This document shows positions 9,210 to 17,845 of a stretch of 24,000 nt of DNA, in pieces. A model generated the notes under the pieces. That model was given only the letters and a program-made list of their open reading frames with translations. It was not told the DNA's origin and searched no databases. Source of the stretch: Candidatus Saccharimonadales bacterium (lineage in GTDB: Bacteria; Acidobacteriota; Terriglobia; Terriglobales; Acidobacteriaceae). The position numbers and the translations under genes are program-made. Location of the stretch: positions 90,788 to 114,787 of the forward strand of contig DATLJC010000032.1 in assembly GCA_035539055.1 (NCBI GenBank). Reading direction: 5' to 3'. How positions within the stretch are numbered: the stretch's first letter is position 1; every line of letters begins with the position of its first letter.

Positions 9210-9926
9210 TTAAGGTTTCTGCGTCGGGCGAAGAATAACTTCACTGATGAAGGATTGAGGGGCCTGCGTCAGCAACATCGCGACTGCATGTGCGACATCG
9301 GCAGGGGTTAACATCTTTTCTTTGTTTCGTCCCTTATGTCCAGAGAAGTCAGTACTTACCGAGCCCGGAGATACTACACTCACGCGAATATTGTAAATGC
9401 GCAATTCTTCGGCCAGCGAGTAGCTGAGCCCGTTCAAACCCCATTTGCTGGCCGAGTAAATTGCTCCTCCGGGGAGGGGATTTCTGCCGGCAATGGAAGA
9501 GATATTGATAATGTGGCCGCGTCTGGCTATGACCATGGCGGGCGCGAAGGCCTTGATGGCAAAGAACACTCCGCGCAGATTAGTATTCATGACACGGTCC
9601 CAATCTGCCGCAGTGCATTCGAGCAATTGTCGGCCCATCAGCGCGACCCCGGCGCAGTTCACCAAGATGTCAGGCGCGCCAGTCTGACTTTCAACTTCAC
9701 GGGCAACTTGTTCCACCTCGGTTTGATCTTCGAGATTACAAACCTTTGCAAGACAGGTACCACGTTTGGCGGTAATATGTTCGGCGGTCGTCCGTAGGGC
9801 CTCGCGATTCCGCCCCAAAATAACGGTTTTCAAACCCATCTCAGCAAGCTTCGTGGCGATACCCGCGCCAATGCCCCGGCTACCCCCGGTAATGAGTGCG
9901 GTTTGTTCTGAAGTGGAGGATTTCAT
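9210..9926 (-). CDS. SDR family oxidoreductase (classical short-chain dehydrogenase)
   Basis: 238 aa with TGGSRGIG cofactor motif, NCAG, and catalytic S...YSASK. Confidence 0.9.
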   Translation of the reverse strand: MKSSTSEQTALITGGSRGIGAGIATKLAEMGLKTVILGRNREALRTTAEHITAKRGTCLAKVCNLEDQTEVEQVAREVESQTGAPDILVNCAGVALMGRQLLECTAADWDRVMNTNLRGVFFAIKAFAPAMVIARRGHIINISSIAGRNPLPGGAIYSASKWGLNGLSYSLAEELRIYNIRVSVVSPGSVSTDFSGHKGRNKEKMLTPADVAHAVAMLLTQAPQSFISEVILRPTQKP

Positions 9927-10054
9927 GGGGAGCTCCTATCTCGATTGAATGCTGGACGGCTGTGAAATCAGGTACGTTCACGTGGCACATCCAGAAATGC
10001 TGACGTGCGCATCTAAGGGAACGGGCTTGAGGAGACTTTATGCTATTACGATGC

Positions 10055-10084
10055 TTGCCTTAACTGCCTGTGCGTCCCTATAAT
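10055..10084 (+). promoter_or_regulatory. Sigma70-like promoter for the TPR-like gene
   Basis: TTGCCT (10055-10060), 18-nt spacer, perfect TATAAT (10079-10084). This predicts a roughly 134-nt leader. AAGGAG at 10212-10217 sits 7 nt before the ATG at 10225. Confidence 0.5.
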
Positions 10085-10224
10085 CGCGTTCTCAGTGCAA
10101 AGTGTGAGTTCGCTGACTTAGTGTCACCTTCTGTTGTATCCGGCAACGGCCGTTTGCACATCTTAACGGATCGGCTGTCGATGAGTATGTCGCAGATTCC
10201 GCATAGTTCTTAAGGAGCAAGAGA

Positions 10225-11526
10225 ATGAAGAAGTCCCTAATTGTGTTGTTGCTTGCTGCCGCCAACGTGGCAGCGCAAGCGCAGGCCGCCCCTGCGGGAC
10301 AGCAGCAACCTGCGCCGGGAGCAGCCGCCCCGGGAGAGCAGCAGAAGAAAGTCATTCAGGATCCGAATGAGTACAACGCCTATGTTGCCGCGGTTAATGC
10401 AACCGACCCGGCTCAGAAAGCACAGCTGATGGAGAGTTACCTCCAGACCTATCCGAACAGTGTTATGAAGGAAGACGGTCTGGAACTCCTGCTGAAGACT
10501 TATCAGCAATTAAATAACCCGGCACAGATTAAGGCTTCCGCACAGCGTTTGCTCCAAGTGAATCCCAACAACCTGACCGCTCTTGCGCTGCTTAGCTATC
10601 TGGACCGCTCCCAGGCTCAGGCGGGTGGACCGGATGCGGCATCTGCGCTGCAGGAAGCCGGACAACTTGGTGCCCGCGGCCTTCAGGCTATGCAGACCGC
10701 GATCAAGCCAGAAGGCTATAGCGACGAGCAGTGGAACACCATGAAGGGCTCATTCCGCGTGATCTATCTTGGATCCGTGGGACACGCTGCATTACAGGCT
10801 AAGGACTATCCCGTTGCGCAGCAGAATCTAAAGGAAGTAGTTGCCGCTCAACCAAACGATGTAAACAGCATCTACCTTTTGGCGCTTGCATATCTCACGC
10901 CCAAGCCGCCCGTGGTTGACGGTCTGTTCTGGATCGCCAAGGCTGCTGGACTCTCGGGCAATCAGCAGCTGCTCGCATACGCCAAGAACCAGTACGTTCG
11001 CTACCATGGCGGAGATGCTGGCTTTGACGAATTGCTGGCCAATGCCAAGACCGCTCCGACGATACCTGCCGGGTTTACCGTAGCCCCCGCGCCTTCACCG
11101 GCTGATCAGGCCGCCGATATGCTGAAAAAGAGTACCCCGGAGAAACTCTCCTTCGCCGAATGGCAGTTCATCCTGACCAGCGGCAACAAGGAAGCCAGTG
11201 CGCAGGTTTGGTCCGCAATCAAGGGCAAGCCGGTACAACTGGTGGCTGCGGTTGTCGAAGGAGGACGCGAATCTCTGAAGCTAGCCGGAAGTGAAGACGA
11301 CATTCAGGCGAAGAAGTCGGATATTACCCTTGTGCTAAAGGAACCGTTGACGTCAGGTCGCGTACCCAAAGGGGGAGCGCAACTAGTGATTCAGGGAATT
11401 CCCAGCGAGTACAGCGCAGTGGGAGATACATTCAACCTGACCTTCACGGATGGACAGGTGCTGAAGGGATTACCCGAAGCCGGTCCGGCGAAGAAGCCGG
11501 CGGCCGGAACGCGTAGACCCAAATAA
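10225..11526 (+). CDS. Secreted hypothetical protein with TPR-like helical repeats and an Ala/Pro/Gln-rich N-terminal linker
   Basis: Signal peptide MKKSLIVLLLAAANVAAQAQA, low-complexity APAGQQQPAPGAAAPGEQQKK, then helical repeat-like segments (ESYLQTYPNS..., AQRLLQVNPNNLTALALLSY, AQQNLKEVVAAQPNDVNSIYLLALAY). Strong SD and terminator. Confidence 0.75.
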   Translation: MKKSLIVLLLAAANVAAQAQAAPAGQQQPAPGAAAPGEQQKKVIQDPNEYNAYVAAVNATDPAQKAQLMESYLQTYPNSVMKEDGLELLLKTYQQLNNPAQIKASAQRLLQVNPNNLTALALLSYLDRSQAQAGGPDAASALQEAGQLGARGLQAMQTAIKPEGYSDEQWNTMKGSFRVIYLGSVGHAALQAKDYPVAQQNLKEVVAAQPNDVNSIYLLALAYLTPKPPVVDGLFWIAKAAGLSGNQQLLAYAKNQYVRYHGGDAGFDELLANAKTAPTIPAGFTVAPAPSPADQAADMLKKSTPEKLSFAEWQFILTSGNKEASAQVWSAIKGKPVQLVAAVVEGGRESLKLAGSEDDIQAKKSDITLVLKEPLTSGRVPKGGAQLVIQGIPSEYSAVGDTFNLTFTDGQVLKGLPEAGPAKKPAAGTRRPK

Positions 11527-11547
11527 CACTGTTCAATCCAAGCAACG

Positions 11548-11579
11548 AAGGACGGCAGATAACGCCGTCCTTTCTTTCT
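11548..11579 (+). terminator. Rho-independent terminator after the TPR-like gene
   Basis: AAGGACGGC (11548-11556) pairs with GCCGTCCTT (11564-11572) around a 7-nt loop, followed by TCTTTCT. Confidence 0.8.
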
Positions 11580-11610
11580 GCGCACAGCAGCACGGTTTGC
11601 AGATGGAACA

Positions 11611-11628
11611 GGCCGCCCGAAGGCGGCC
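11611..11628 (-). terminator. GC hairpin downstream of the Fis-like gene (possible terminator, weak U-tract)
   Basis: GGCCGCC / GGCGGCC 7-bp stem with a tetraloop (TTCG on the minus strand), 30 nt after the stop at 11658. No clear T-run follows. Confidence 0.3.
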
Positions 11629-11657
11629 CGATAAAATCATATGTTAAAGGATTCGGT

Positions 11658-11936
11658 TTAGCGCACGACCTTCTTTTCAAGCACCATCGATCTTTCGCTC
11701 TTAGGTGGGCGTCGCGCTCCAGCGCGAACGGCACGTACATCGAGCTCAAGCTCTGTGATTGTGCGGCTAAGGGTGTTGCGATGCATGCCTAATTGTCGGG
11801 CTGCCTTGCATTGGTTACCGTTGTTTTGCTCCAGCACCGTAAGAATGAATCGTTTTCTGAACTCGCGCACTGCCTCTGAATAGAGGATTCCGCTCTGATA
11901 CATCTGCGATATAAGAGCCTCAAGTTGGTCCTTCAC
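11658..11936 (-). CDS. Small Fis-family (HTH_8) DNA-binding protein
   Basis: 92 aa with C-terminal HTH GNQCKAARQLGMHRNTLSRTITEL, typical of Fis and NtrC-type DNA-binding domains. GTG start with GAGAGG 6 nt upstream. Confidence 0.8.
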   Translation of the reverse strand: MKDQLEALISQMYQSGILYSEAVREFRKRFILTVLEQNNGNQCKAARQLGMHRNTLSRTITELELDVRAVRAGARRPPKSERSMVLEKKVVR

Positions 11937-12041
11937 CGAGGGCCTCTCTTTCTAAATGAATCTATAAATGCAATTGTGCTTTAAGACTGGCCAATTCTTC
12001 CGGTGCAGTCCAATGTCGAAATTACCGATATCTCAATTTCG

Positions 12042-12596
12042 TTACACCAGATCGACGCTGGCATGGGCAGCCTCGCTGGAATTGCCACGAATCTGATCCA
12101 TCGACTTCAGACCATCGCGAAACTTGTGTTTCAAGTCACCGGGCCCCGCATAGATCGCCGCCCTGCCGGCGACCAGGAAATACTGAGCCAAACTGGATTT
12201 CGCCAGTTCGGAGGATGATGGCAGAAAGCTTGCCATCGCCATCACTAAAACCATCACAACCAGCGCGCCGCGCAGGAATCCAAAAACTCCGCCCAGAAAC
12301 CGGTCGAACCAGCGAAGGCCGACGCTCTTGGTTGCCCATCGCGCGATCCGCCCGGCAATCCCGGCCAAAATCACAACAGACACAAAGATCAGCAGAAATC
12401 CAGCACCGCTCGCAACTAAATCGTTCTTTACGTATGGTGAAAGGTACCTTGCCGCAACCGGATATTCCCATGCTGCCACAAGGTATCCAACAACTGTTCC
12501 GGCCAGCGAAAACAACTCAAAAACAAATCCCTGGGCTGCGGCATGAACTGCCGAGAGCACAAGAATCCCAGCGATCAGCCAATCCAAGCCGTTCAT
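12042..12596 (-). CDS. cvpA: CvpA family membrane protein (colicin V production protein family)
   Basis: 184 aa with N-terminus MNGLDWLIAGILVLSAVHAAAQGFVFELFSLAG and 4 TM segments. The start is 3 nt after the purC stop. Confidence 0.88.
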   Translation of the reverse strand: MNGLDWLIAGILVLSAVHAAAQGFVFELFSLAGTVVGYLVAAWEYPVAARYLSPYVKNDLVASGAGFLLIFVSVVILAGIAGRIARWATKSVGLRWFDRFLGGVFGFLRGALVVMVLVMAMASFLPSSSELAKSSLAQYFLVAGRAAIYAGPGDLKHKFRDGLKSMDQIRGNSSEAAHASVDLV

Positions 12597-12599
12597 CGA

Positions 12600-13514
12600 T
12601 TAACCCCGAGGCAATTCTTGCCCCGTTAAACGACGATAAGCTTCCACGTACTTTGCGCTGGTGTTCTTCTGTACATCTTCCGGTAGAGCGGGCGCCGGTG
12701 GTTTCTTTTCCCAGCGAATCTCTTCCAGGTAATCGCGCACGTACTGCTTGTCGTAGCTCAACTGCGCCTTGCCAGCGCCATAGGTATCGGCCGGCCAGAA
12801 TCGCGAGGAGTCGGGAGTCAATACCTCATCCGCCAGGACAACGCCGTTGGCCGTCTGACCAAATTCAAACTTCGTGTCGGCGATGATGATGCCCTTGGTA
12901 AGTGCGTAGTCGGACGCCTTCTTGTAAATGGCCAGACTCAGGGAACGAAGCGTCTCGCTATCGGCAGTGCCGACGTGTTTCACCATTTCGTGAAATGAAA
13001 TGTTCTCATCATGCCCGCTCGCCGCTTTAGTCGCCGGAGTAAAAATCGGCTCAGGCAATTTGTCGCTCTCGCGCATTCCCTTGGGGAGATCGATCCCGCA
13101 CACCGAGCCGGTCTGTTGGTATTCCTTCCAACCGGAGCCGGAAAGATAGCCACGCACCACGCACTCCACAGGATACATGCCGGCTTTCACCACAAGCATG
13201 GATCGGCCGCGCAACTCCCGCTCGTACTTCTTCAGCGGTTCCGGGTACTGATCGACACTGGTGGTCACAAGGTGATTGGGTACAATGTCTTTCAGAAAAT
13301 CAAACCAGAACAATGAGAGCTGCGTCAGCACGCGTCCCTTCTCCGGAATGCCGGAGGCAAGGACGTAATCAAACGCAGAGATCCGGTCCGTGGCAACGAA
13401 GAGAAGCCGCTCGTTGTCTACACGGTACACGTCGCGAACCTTTCCGCTGGCATGGAGTTCTAGGTCAGGGAAGTCGGTCCGAAGAAGAATAGGGTCGCTT
13501 GGTTTCGTAGTCAC
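12600..13514 (-). CDS. purC: Phosphoribosylaminoimidazole-succinocarboxamide synthase (SAICAR synthetase)
   Basis: 304 aa with GKVRDVY, ATDRISAFD and DTKFEFG motifs. GTG start. Confidence 0.95.
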   Translation of the reverse strand: MTTKPSDPILLRTDFPDLELHASGKVRDVYRVDNERLLFVATDRISAFDYVLASGIPEKGRVLTQLSLFWFDFLKDIVPNHLVTTSVDQYPEPLKKYERELRGRSMLVVKAGMYPVECVVRGYLSGSGWKEYQQTGSVCGIDLPKGMRESDKLPEPIFTPATKAASGHDENISFHEMVKHVGTADSETLRSLSLAIYKKASDYALTKGIIIADTKFEFGQTANGVVLADEVLTPDSSRFWPADTYGAGKAQLSYDKQYVRDYLEEIRWEKKPPAPALPEDVQKNTSAKYVEAYRRLTGQELPRG

Positions 13515-13541
13515 TGGACGTTTCGAACAATTCGAGAAACG

Positions 13542-13569
13542 ATTCTAAACAGTGGGCCGATTTTGTCAA
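13542..13569 (-). promoter_or_regulatory. Near-consensus sigma70 promoter for purC-cvpA
   Basis: On the minus strand: TTGACA (13569-13564), 16-nt spacer, TAGAAT (13547-13542). The predicted TSS is about 20 nt upstream of the GTG at 13514. Confidence 0.55.
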
Positions 13570-13879
13570 TGCGGGTTTTCGATTGTTGTTTTTGTGAAGG
13601 CTTTAGAAATCGGAAATATTCAGCGCCATTCGGAGCGAAGTGTCTGCCCACCTTGTAAACATTGGAGTTAGGTGGGCGAGTAGAACTATTGCGGATGGCC
13701 TCGCCTGAGTCGATACGAACAGAAAATTCCCAATCACATTTCCCGGCGCTGAGGCAATATGGACGCGAAAAACGTCAGTCGTGGTCCTTAGTAACAGCGA
13801 CACGCACTCCTTGCGATTACCCATACTTGCGCCCGGGCGGCAGAAAGAAATGGCGCGCCAGAAGCACGCCACTTGTTAA

Positions 13880-16800
13880 TCAAGCCGTTGCCGCCTGGGG
13901 TTGCTCATGCTCGGCGCCGAAGCGCACGCTAACGATGCGCGACACCCCGGGCTCCTGCATGGTCACTCCGTACATCACGGGAGCCATGCTCATGGTCTTC
14001 TTGTGGTGCGTGATGATGATGAACTGCGTCTCAATGCTCATCTCGCGCATCAACTCGCCAAAGCGCGCGACATTCGCCTCATCCAACGGCGCGTCCACCT
14101 CATCCAGAATGCAGAATGGAGCAGGTGCGAATTGGAAGATGCCCACCAGCAACGACAACGCTGTCATCGTCTTTTCACCGCCGGAGAGCAGCAGTACGTT
14201 CTGCATCTTCTTGCCCGGAGGCGAAGCAACGATGTCGATACCGCTCTCTGCCGTGTTCTCCTCGTCGGTTAACTTCATCCACGCCTCTCCGCCTCCGAAC
14301 AGTTTCTTAAAGGTTCGGGTGAAGTTTGCATTGATCACTGCGAAGGCATCGTTGAACTTACCGAGCGATATTTCCTCAATTTCTTTGATCGTGTTCTGCG
14401 TGTTTTCAATTGAATCCAGCAGATCCTTGCGCTGTGTTTCCAGGAACTCGTGGCGCTGAGTGGTTTCCGTGTACTCTTCAAGGGCCATCATATTCACCGG
14501 GCCCATGCCTTCCAGGCGGGAGCGCATCTCTCGATAGCTCACATCGGTAGCTGCCAACTCTTCGCCCGTTTGGTGCTCCAGAGAGGTATCCGCAAGCAAC
14601 TCTTCGCGACTCTGGCTCAGTTCCTGAACACAGGTTTCGACCAGATGCTCGGTGTCGCTGCCTGCCTTTGCGGCTTGCGCGCTCAACTCGCCGCGACGGT
14701 CGCGAACCCCGTCAAGAATCTCGCGCGCGGACTTTAACTCAAGCTCAATCTCGGTCAGACGAGCACGAACCTGTTCACTCTCAAGCGTCAATTCCTGCTC
14801 GCGTGTCTGGGCCTGCTCGCGTTCGCCTTGCCACTCCACCAGCTTTGCAGCCAGCAGTTCGTTCTCCTGTTCGCGTTGTGCTTTTTCCGCGGCGGCGCCT
14901 TCCAACTGCGAGTGAAGGGAATTCACCCGCTGATTCACTTCGGCGACCATGGACTGGATTCGCGCGAGCGATGCGGCGGCAGCGCGACGACGCTCCTCCA
15001 GTCCTGCGACGCGGGCCATGACTTCGCTCGCTGATTGTGCAGCGGCATCACGTGCCAGGCGTAGCTCGGCGACATGCTCCTGGGCGGCAGACATCTGCGC
15101 CTCCAGTTGCAGACGCTTTTCTTCCTGTTGTTCCAGCTCCTGCTGACGCTCGGAAATGAAAGCTTCTCGACTCTGGCGTTCACCGGTTATGCGCTGCAGT
15201 TCGCGTTCGTATCCGGAGATGCGTTCGCGCACTCTACCCATCTCGCCCTCCAACTGACGAAGGCTGTGGCCGCTGGTCATGACCTTCTGCTCGCAGTCGC
15301 GGCGTTCGGCTTCCAACTGGTCCAGCAGGGAAGCCAGGCCCTGGATCTCACTGCCGAGCACGGCCACATCGCTTTCTCTTGCGGCCAGCGTGCGTCCGAG
15401 GGCTTCAATCTGGTGCTGCACTTCGCGCAGGTCGCGCTTCATCTGCAAAGGCCCTTCGGCCAGCTTCTTGCCGCCCGTCACGGTCACGTTGTGGAAGCAC
15501 TCGCCACTCAGCGAAAGATAGAACGCGTCGGGATTCTCAAGCGCAAGTGCGCGACCGGTTTCTGCATCGGGAACGATGTATCCGTTACCGAGCTTAGGAA
15601 GAATCACTTCCAGCGAACTGCCGAAGTTTTCCGGAACGCGAATGCAATCTTTCAAGGGGATTACGCGGTCTTCGCGCAGGTGTCGGCGCATGGTCTCGTC
15701 GAAGACGAAGCTGAACTTTGCCTGCGAATCTTCGGGATGCACCAGGAATGTCGCGCGTCCCTCGACATCGCTGCGAAGCAGGTTCAGGCCATCGTTCGCC
15801 GCATCCCACGACTTCACAACGATGAAGTTCAACTCGTCGCGCAGGAACTCATCGACCACTCCTTCGTACTTGTCTTCCACGTCGATGAAGTCTGCGAGAA
15901 CGCCTACCGGAGTGCTGTCTCCGGTGAGTTGGCCGGAGCGCAGCAGCTTGCGCACTGACTCCGTCGAGAAGCCGTGCTCCTTGATTACTGCTTCCAGCGA
16001 AGCGCGACGGCCCTGCAGTTTCGCAGACTCCGAGCGCATGATGTCCAACTGCTTCTTGGCTTCGATCTCGGCGGCACGCTTCTCCGCAATCTGCGTGCGC
16101 GCCTCCGCGAGCCGAGCCGCAATCGACTTCGACAGCTCTGTAGCCGATTCGAATTCGAGACTAATTTGACCGCGTTGTCCACCGAAGGACTCAACCTGTT
16201 GGGTTGCCGAATTCAACTCATGTTGCAGCCGTTCGGCCTCGCGTTCCAATGCCGCGATGCGCTCCTCGGCCTGCGTGATTCGGTTGCGCACCCCGGAGGC
16301 AGCGTTGATCGCATCGAGCATTTGGCGGCGCTGTTGCTCCTGATTTCGCTCCACTTCCATCAAGCGTTGTGCGGCCTGCTGCGATTCCGACTGGCGTTGA
16401 TTGCGTTCCTGTTGCGCGCTTGCTACGTCGGCCGCCGCACTTTCAAGCACCTGCTGATTAGCAGAGAGTTCATCTTGCAGTCGCTGCAATTGAACGCTCG
16501 CGCTGTTGGCTTCCGCATCGGCCGCGGCAGCCCGTGCAGTCAGTTCTGCACAGCGCTCTTCGTTGTTGCGGCGGCGGGCCGTGGCTCGTTCCATTTCCAA
16601 ATGAACATGGCTGAGCCGTTCGCGTGTCTGCTTTGCTTCGGAATCGATTGCATACCCGTGCTGAGTACGTTCCGCAAACTCAGCGTCCATTGCCTGAACC
16701 GCCTCGCTGCGGCTGTGCAACTCGTCGGTCAGGTGGGTTAGTTCGGCCTCAAGCTGTTGAGCCTGAGCGGCAAGTTCGGTGAATCGGCTGGCGAGCACAA

Positions 16801-17845
16801 TCCGCAACTGAACTCGCATCTCGTCACGCAACTTGGCATAGCGCTCGGCTTTCGCAGCTTGCCGTTTCAGAGAATTCATCTGCCGTGTGACTTCGTCGAA
16901 GATGTCGTTGATGCGCGCAAGGTTCTGCTTTGCATCCGCCAACCGTGCTTCCGCAAGACGCTTGCGAGTCTTGAACTTTGTGATCCCGGCAGCTTCTTCA
17001 ATGATGTTGCGGCGATCCGTCGGCTTGGAGCTGAGGATCTGGCCGATGCGTCCCTGCTCGATCAGTGCGTAGGATTCCGGCCCAAGTCCGGTGCCCATGA
17101 AAATGTCCTGAATGTCGCGCAGTCGGCAGAGTTTTCCGTTTAGCAGGTATTCGCTGTCGCCGCTGCGAAACAGGCGCCGCGTCACTGCGATCTCGCCTTT
17201 TTTGAAGGTCGTCTTGAATTTGCGTCTACGAATTTTGAGAACAACTTGCGGGCCGCTCACGGTCGCGTAGCTACCTTGGTCCCCGGAAGCCAAAGCCTCC
17301 GGAGACACAGAGGAAGCTCCATCGCTTGCGGAAGACGACGGAGAGGACTCCTGTGCGTCTGCGGGAGCAGAGCCAGGAGTGGCGGCGGAAAGATCGTTGT
17401 CGGCAGACGTTGCGTTCGCTACTTCAATTTCGTCTGTCTGGCCGGGACGCACCTCTTCGGTGTACTCCTCAACCTCGCGCTCGCGTTGCGAGCGCAGGGA
17501 GGACTCGTCCCAATCCTGATCGGGCATCTCATCCTGAATATCGATGACAGGAGCGTCGATTCTGCCCTCATACACCTGGGGATCGATCAGATGGAGTGTG
17601 ACTTCAGCCATGCCCGTCGGCTTGCGCTCGCGAGTGCCGGCAAAGATCACGTCGGTCATGTGAGCGCCACGCAGGCTCTTCGCGCTCTGCTCGCCCAGCA
17701 CCCAACTAATCGCGTCGGAGATGTTCGACTTGCCGCAACCGTTCGGGCCGACAATGGCCGCGATGCCGTCACCGGGAAATCTCAATTCGGTGCGATCACA
17801 AAAGGATTTGAAGCCCAGAATCTGAAGCTTTTTGAGTTTCAGCAA
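13880..17845 (-). CDS. smc: Chromosome segregation protein SMC
   Basis: Walker A (GPNGCGKSN), long coiled-coil arms, hinge region, C-terminal signature LSGGEK and Walker B (FCILDEVDAPLD). The ORF-track ATG (17914) adds 23 non-homologous residues. A TTG at 17845-17843 preceded by AAGGAG (17858-17853, 7-nt spacing) yields the canonical (M)LKLKKLQILGFKSF N-terminus, giving 1321 aa. Confidence 0.95.
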   Translation of the reverse strand: MLKLKKLQILGFKSFCDRTELRFPGDGIAAIVGPNGCGKSNISDAISWVLGEQSAKSLRGAHMTDVIFAGTRERKPTGMAEVTLHLIDPQVYEGRIDAPVIDIQDEMPDQDWDESSLRSQREREVEEYTEEVRPGQTDEIEVANATSADNDLSAATPGSAPADAQESSPSSSASDGASSVSPEALASGDQGSYATVSGPQVVLKIRRRKFKTTFKKGEIAVTRRLFRSGDSEYLLNGKLCRLRDIQDIFMGTGLGPESYALIEQGRIGQILSSKPTDRRNIIEEAAGITKFKTRKRLAEARLADAKQNLARINDIFDEVTRQMNSLKRQAAKAERYAKLRDEMRVQLRIVLASRFTELAAQAQQLEAELTHLTDELHSRSEAVQAMDAEFAERTQHGYAIDSEAKQTRERLSHVHLEMERATARRRNNEERCAELTARAAAADAEANSASVQLQRLQDELSANQQVLESAAADVASAQQERNQRQSESQQAAQRLMEVERNQEQQRRQMLDAINAASGVRNRITQAEERIAALEREAERLQHELNSATQQVESFGGQRGQISLEFESATELSKSIAARLAEARTQIAEKRAAEIEAKKQLDIMRSESAKLQGRRASLEAVIKEHGFSTESVRKLLRSGQLTGDSTPVGVLADFIDVEDKYEGVVDEFLRDELNFIVVKSWDAANDGLNLLRSDVEGRATFLVHPEDSQAKFSFVFDETMRRHLREDRVIPLKDCIRVPENFGSSLEVILPKLGNGYIVPDAETGRALALENPDAFYLSLSGECFHNVTVTGGKKLAEGPLQMKRDLREVQHQIEALGRTLAARESDVAVLGSEIQGLASLLDQLEAERRDCEQKVMTSGHSLRQLEGEMGRVRERISGYERELQRITGERQSREAFISERQQELEQQEEKRLQLEAQMSAAQEHVAELRLARDAAAQSASEVMARVAGLEERRRAAAASLARIQSMVAEVNQRVNSLHSQLEGAAAEKAQREQENELLAAKLVEWQGEREQAQTREQELTLESEQVRARLTEIELELKSAREILDGVRDRRGELSAQAAKAGSDTEHLVETCVQELSQSREELLADTSLEHQTGEELAATDVSYREMRSRLEGMGPVNMMALEEYTETTQRHEFLETQRKDLLDSIENTQNTIKEIEEISLGKFNDAFAVINANFTRTFKKLFGGGEAWMKLTDEENTAESGIDIVASPPGKKMQNVLLLSGGEKTMTALSLLVGIFQFAPAPFCILDEVDAPLDEANVARFGELMREMSIETQFIIITHHKKTMSMAPVMYGVTMQEPGVSRIVSVRFGAEHEQPQAATA

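Noticed and set aside
13603-13872. 89-aa minus-strand ORF between smc and purC
   Set aside because: Its codon usage is atypical for this window (multiple CTA, AGG, ATA, TTA, GTA, CGA). It has no SD or motif, and it spans the region with RNA-like complementarity.
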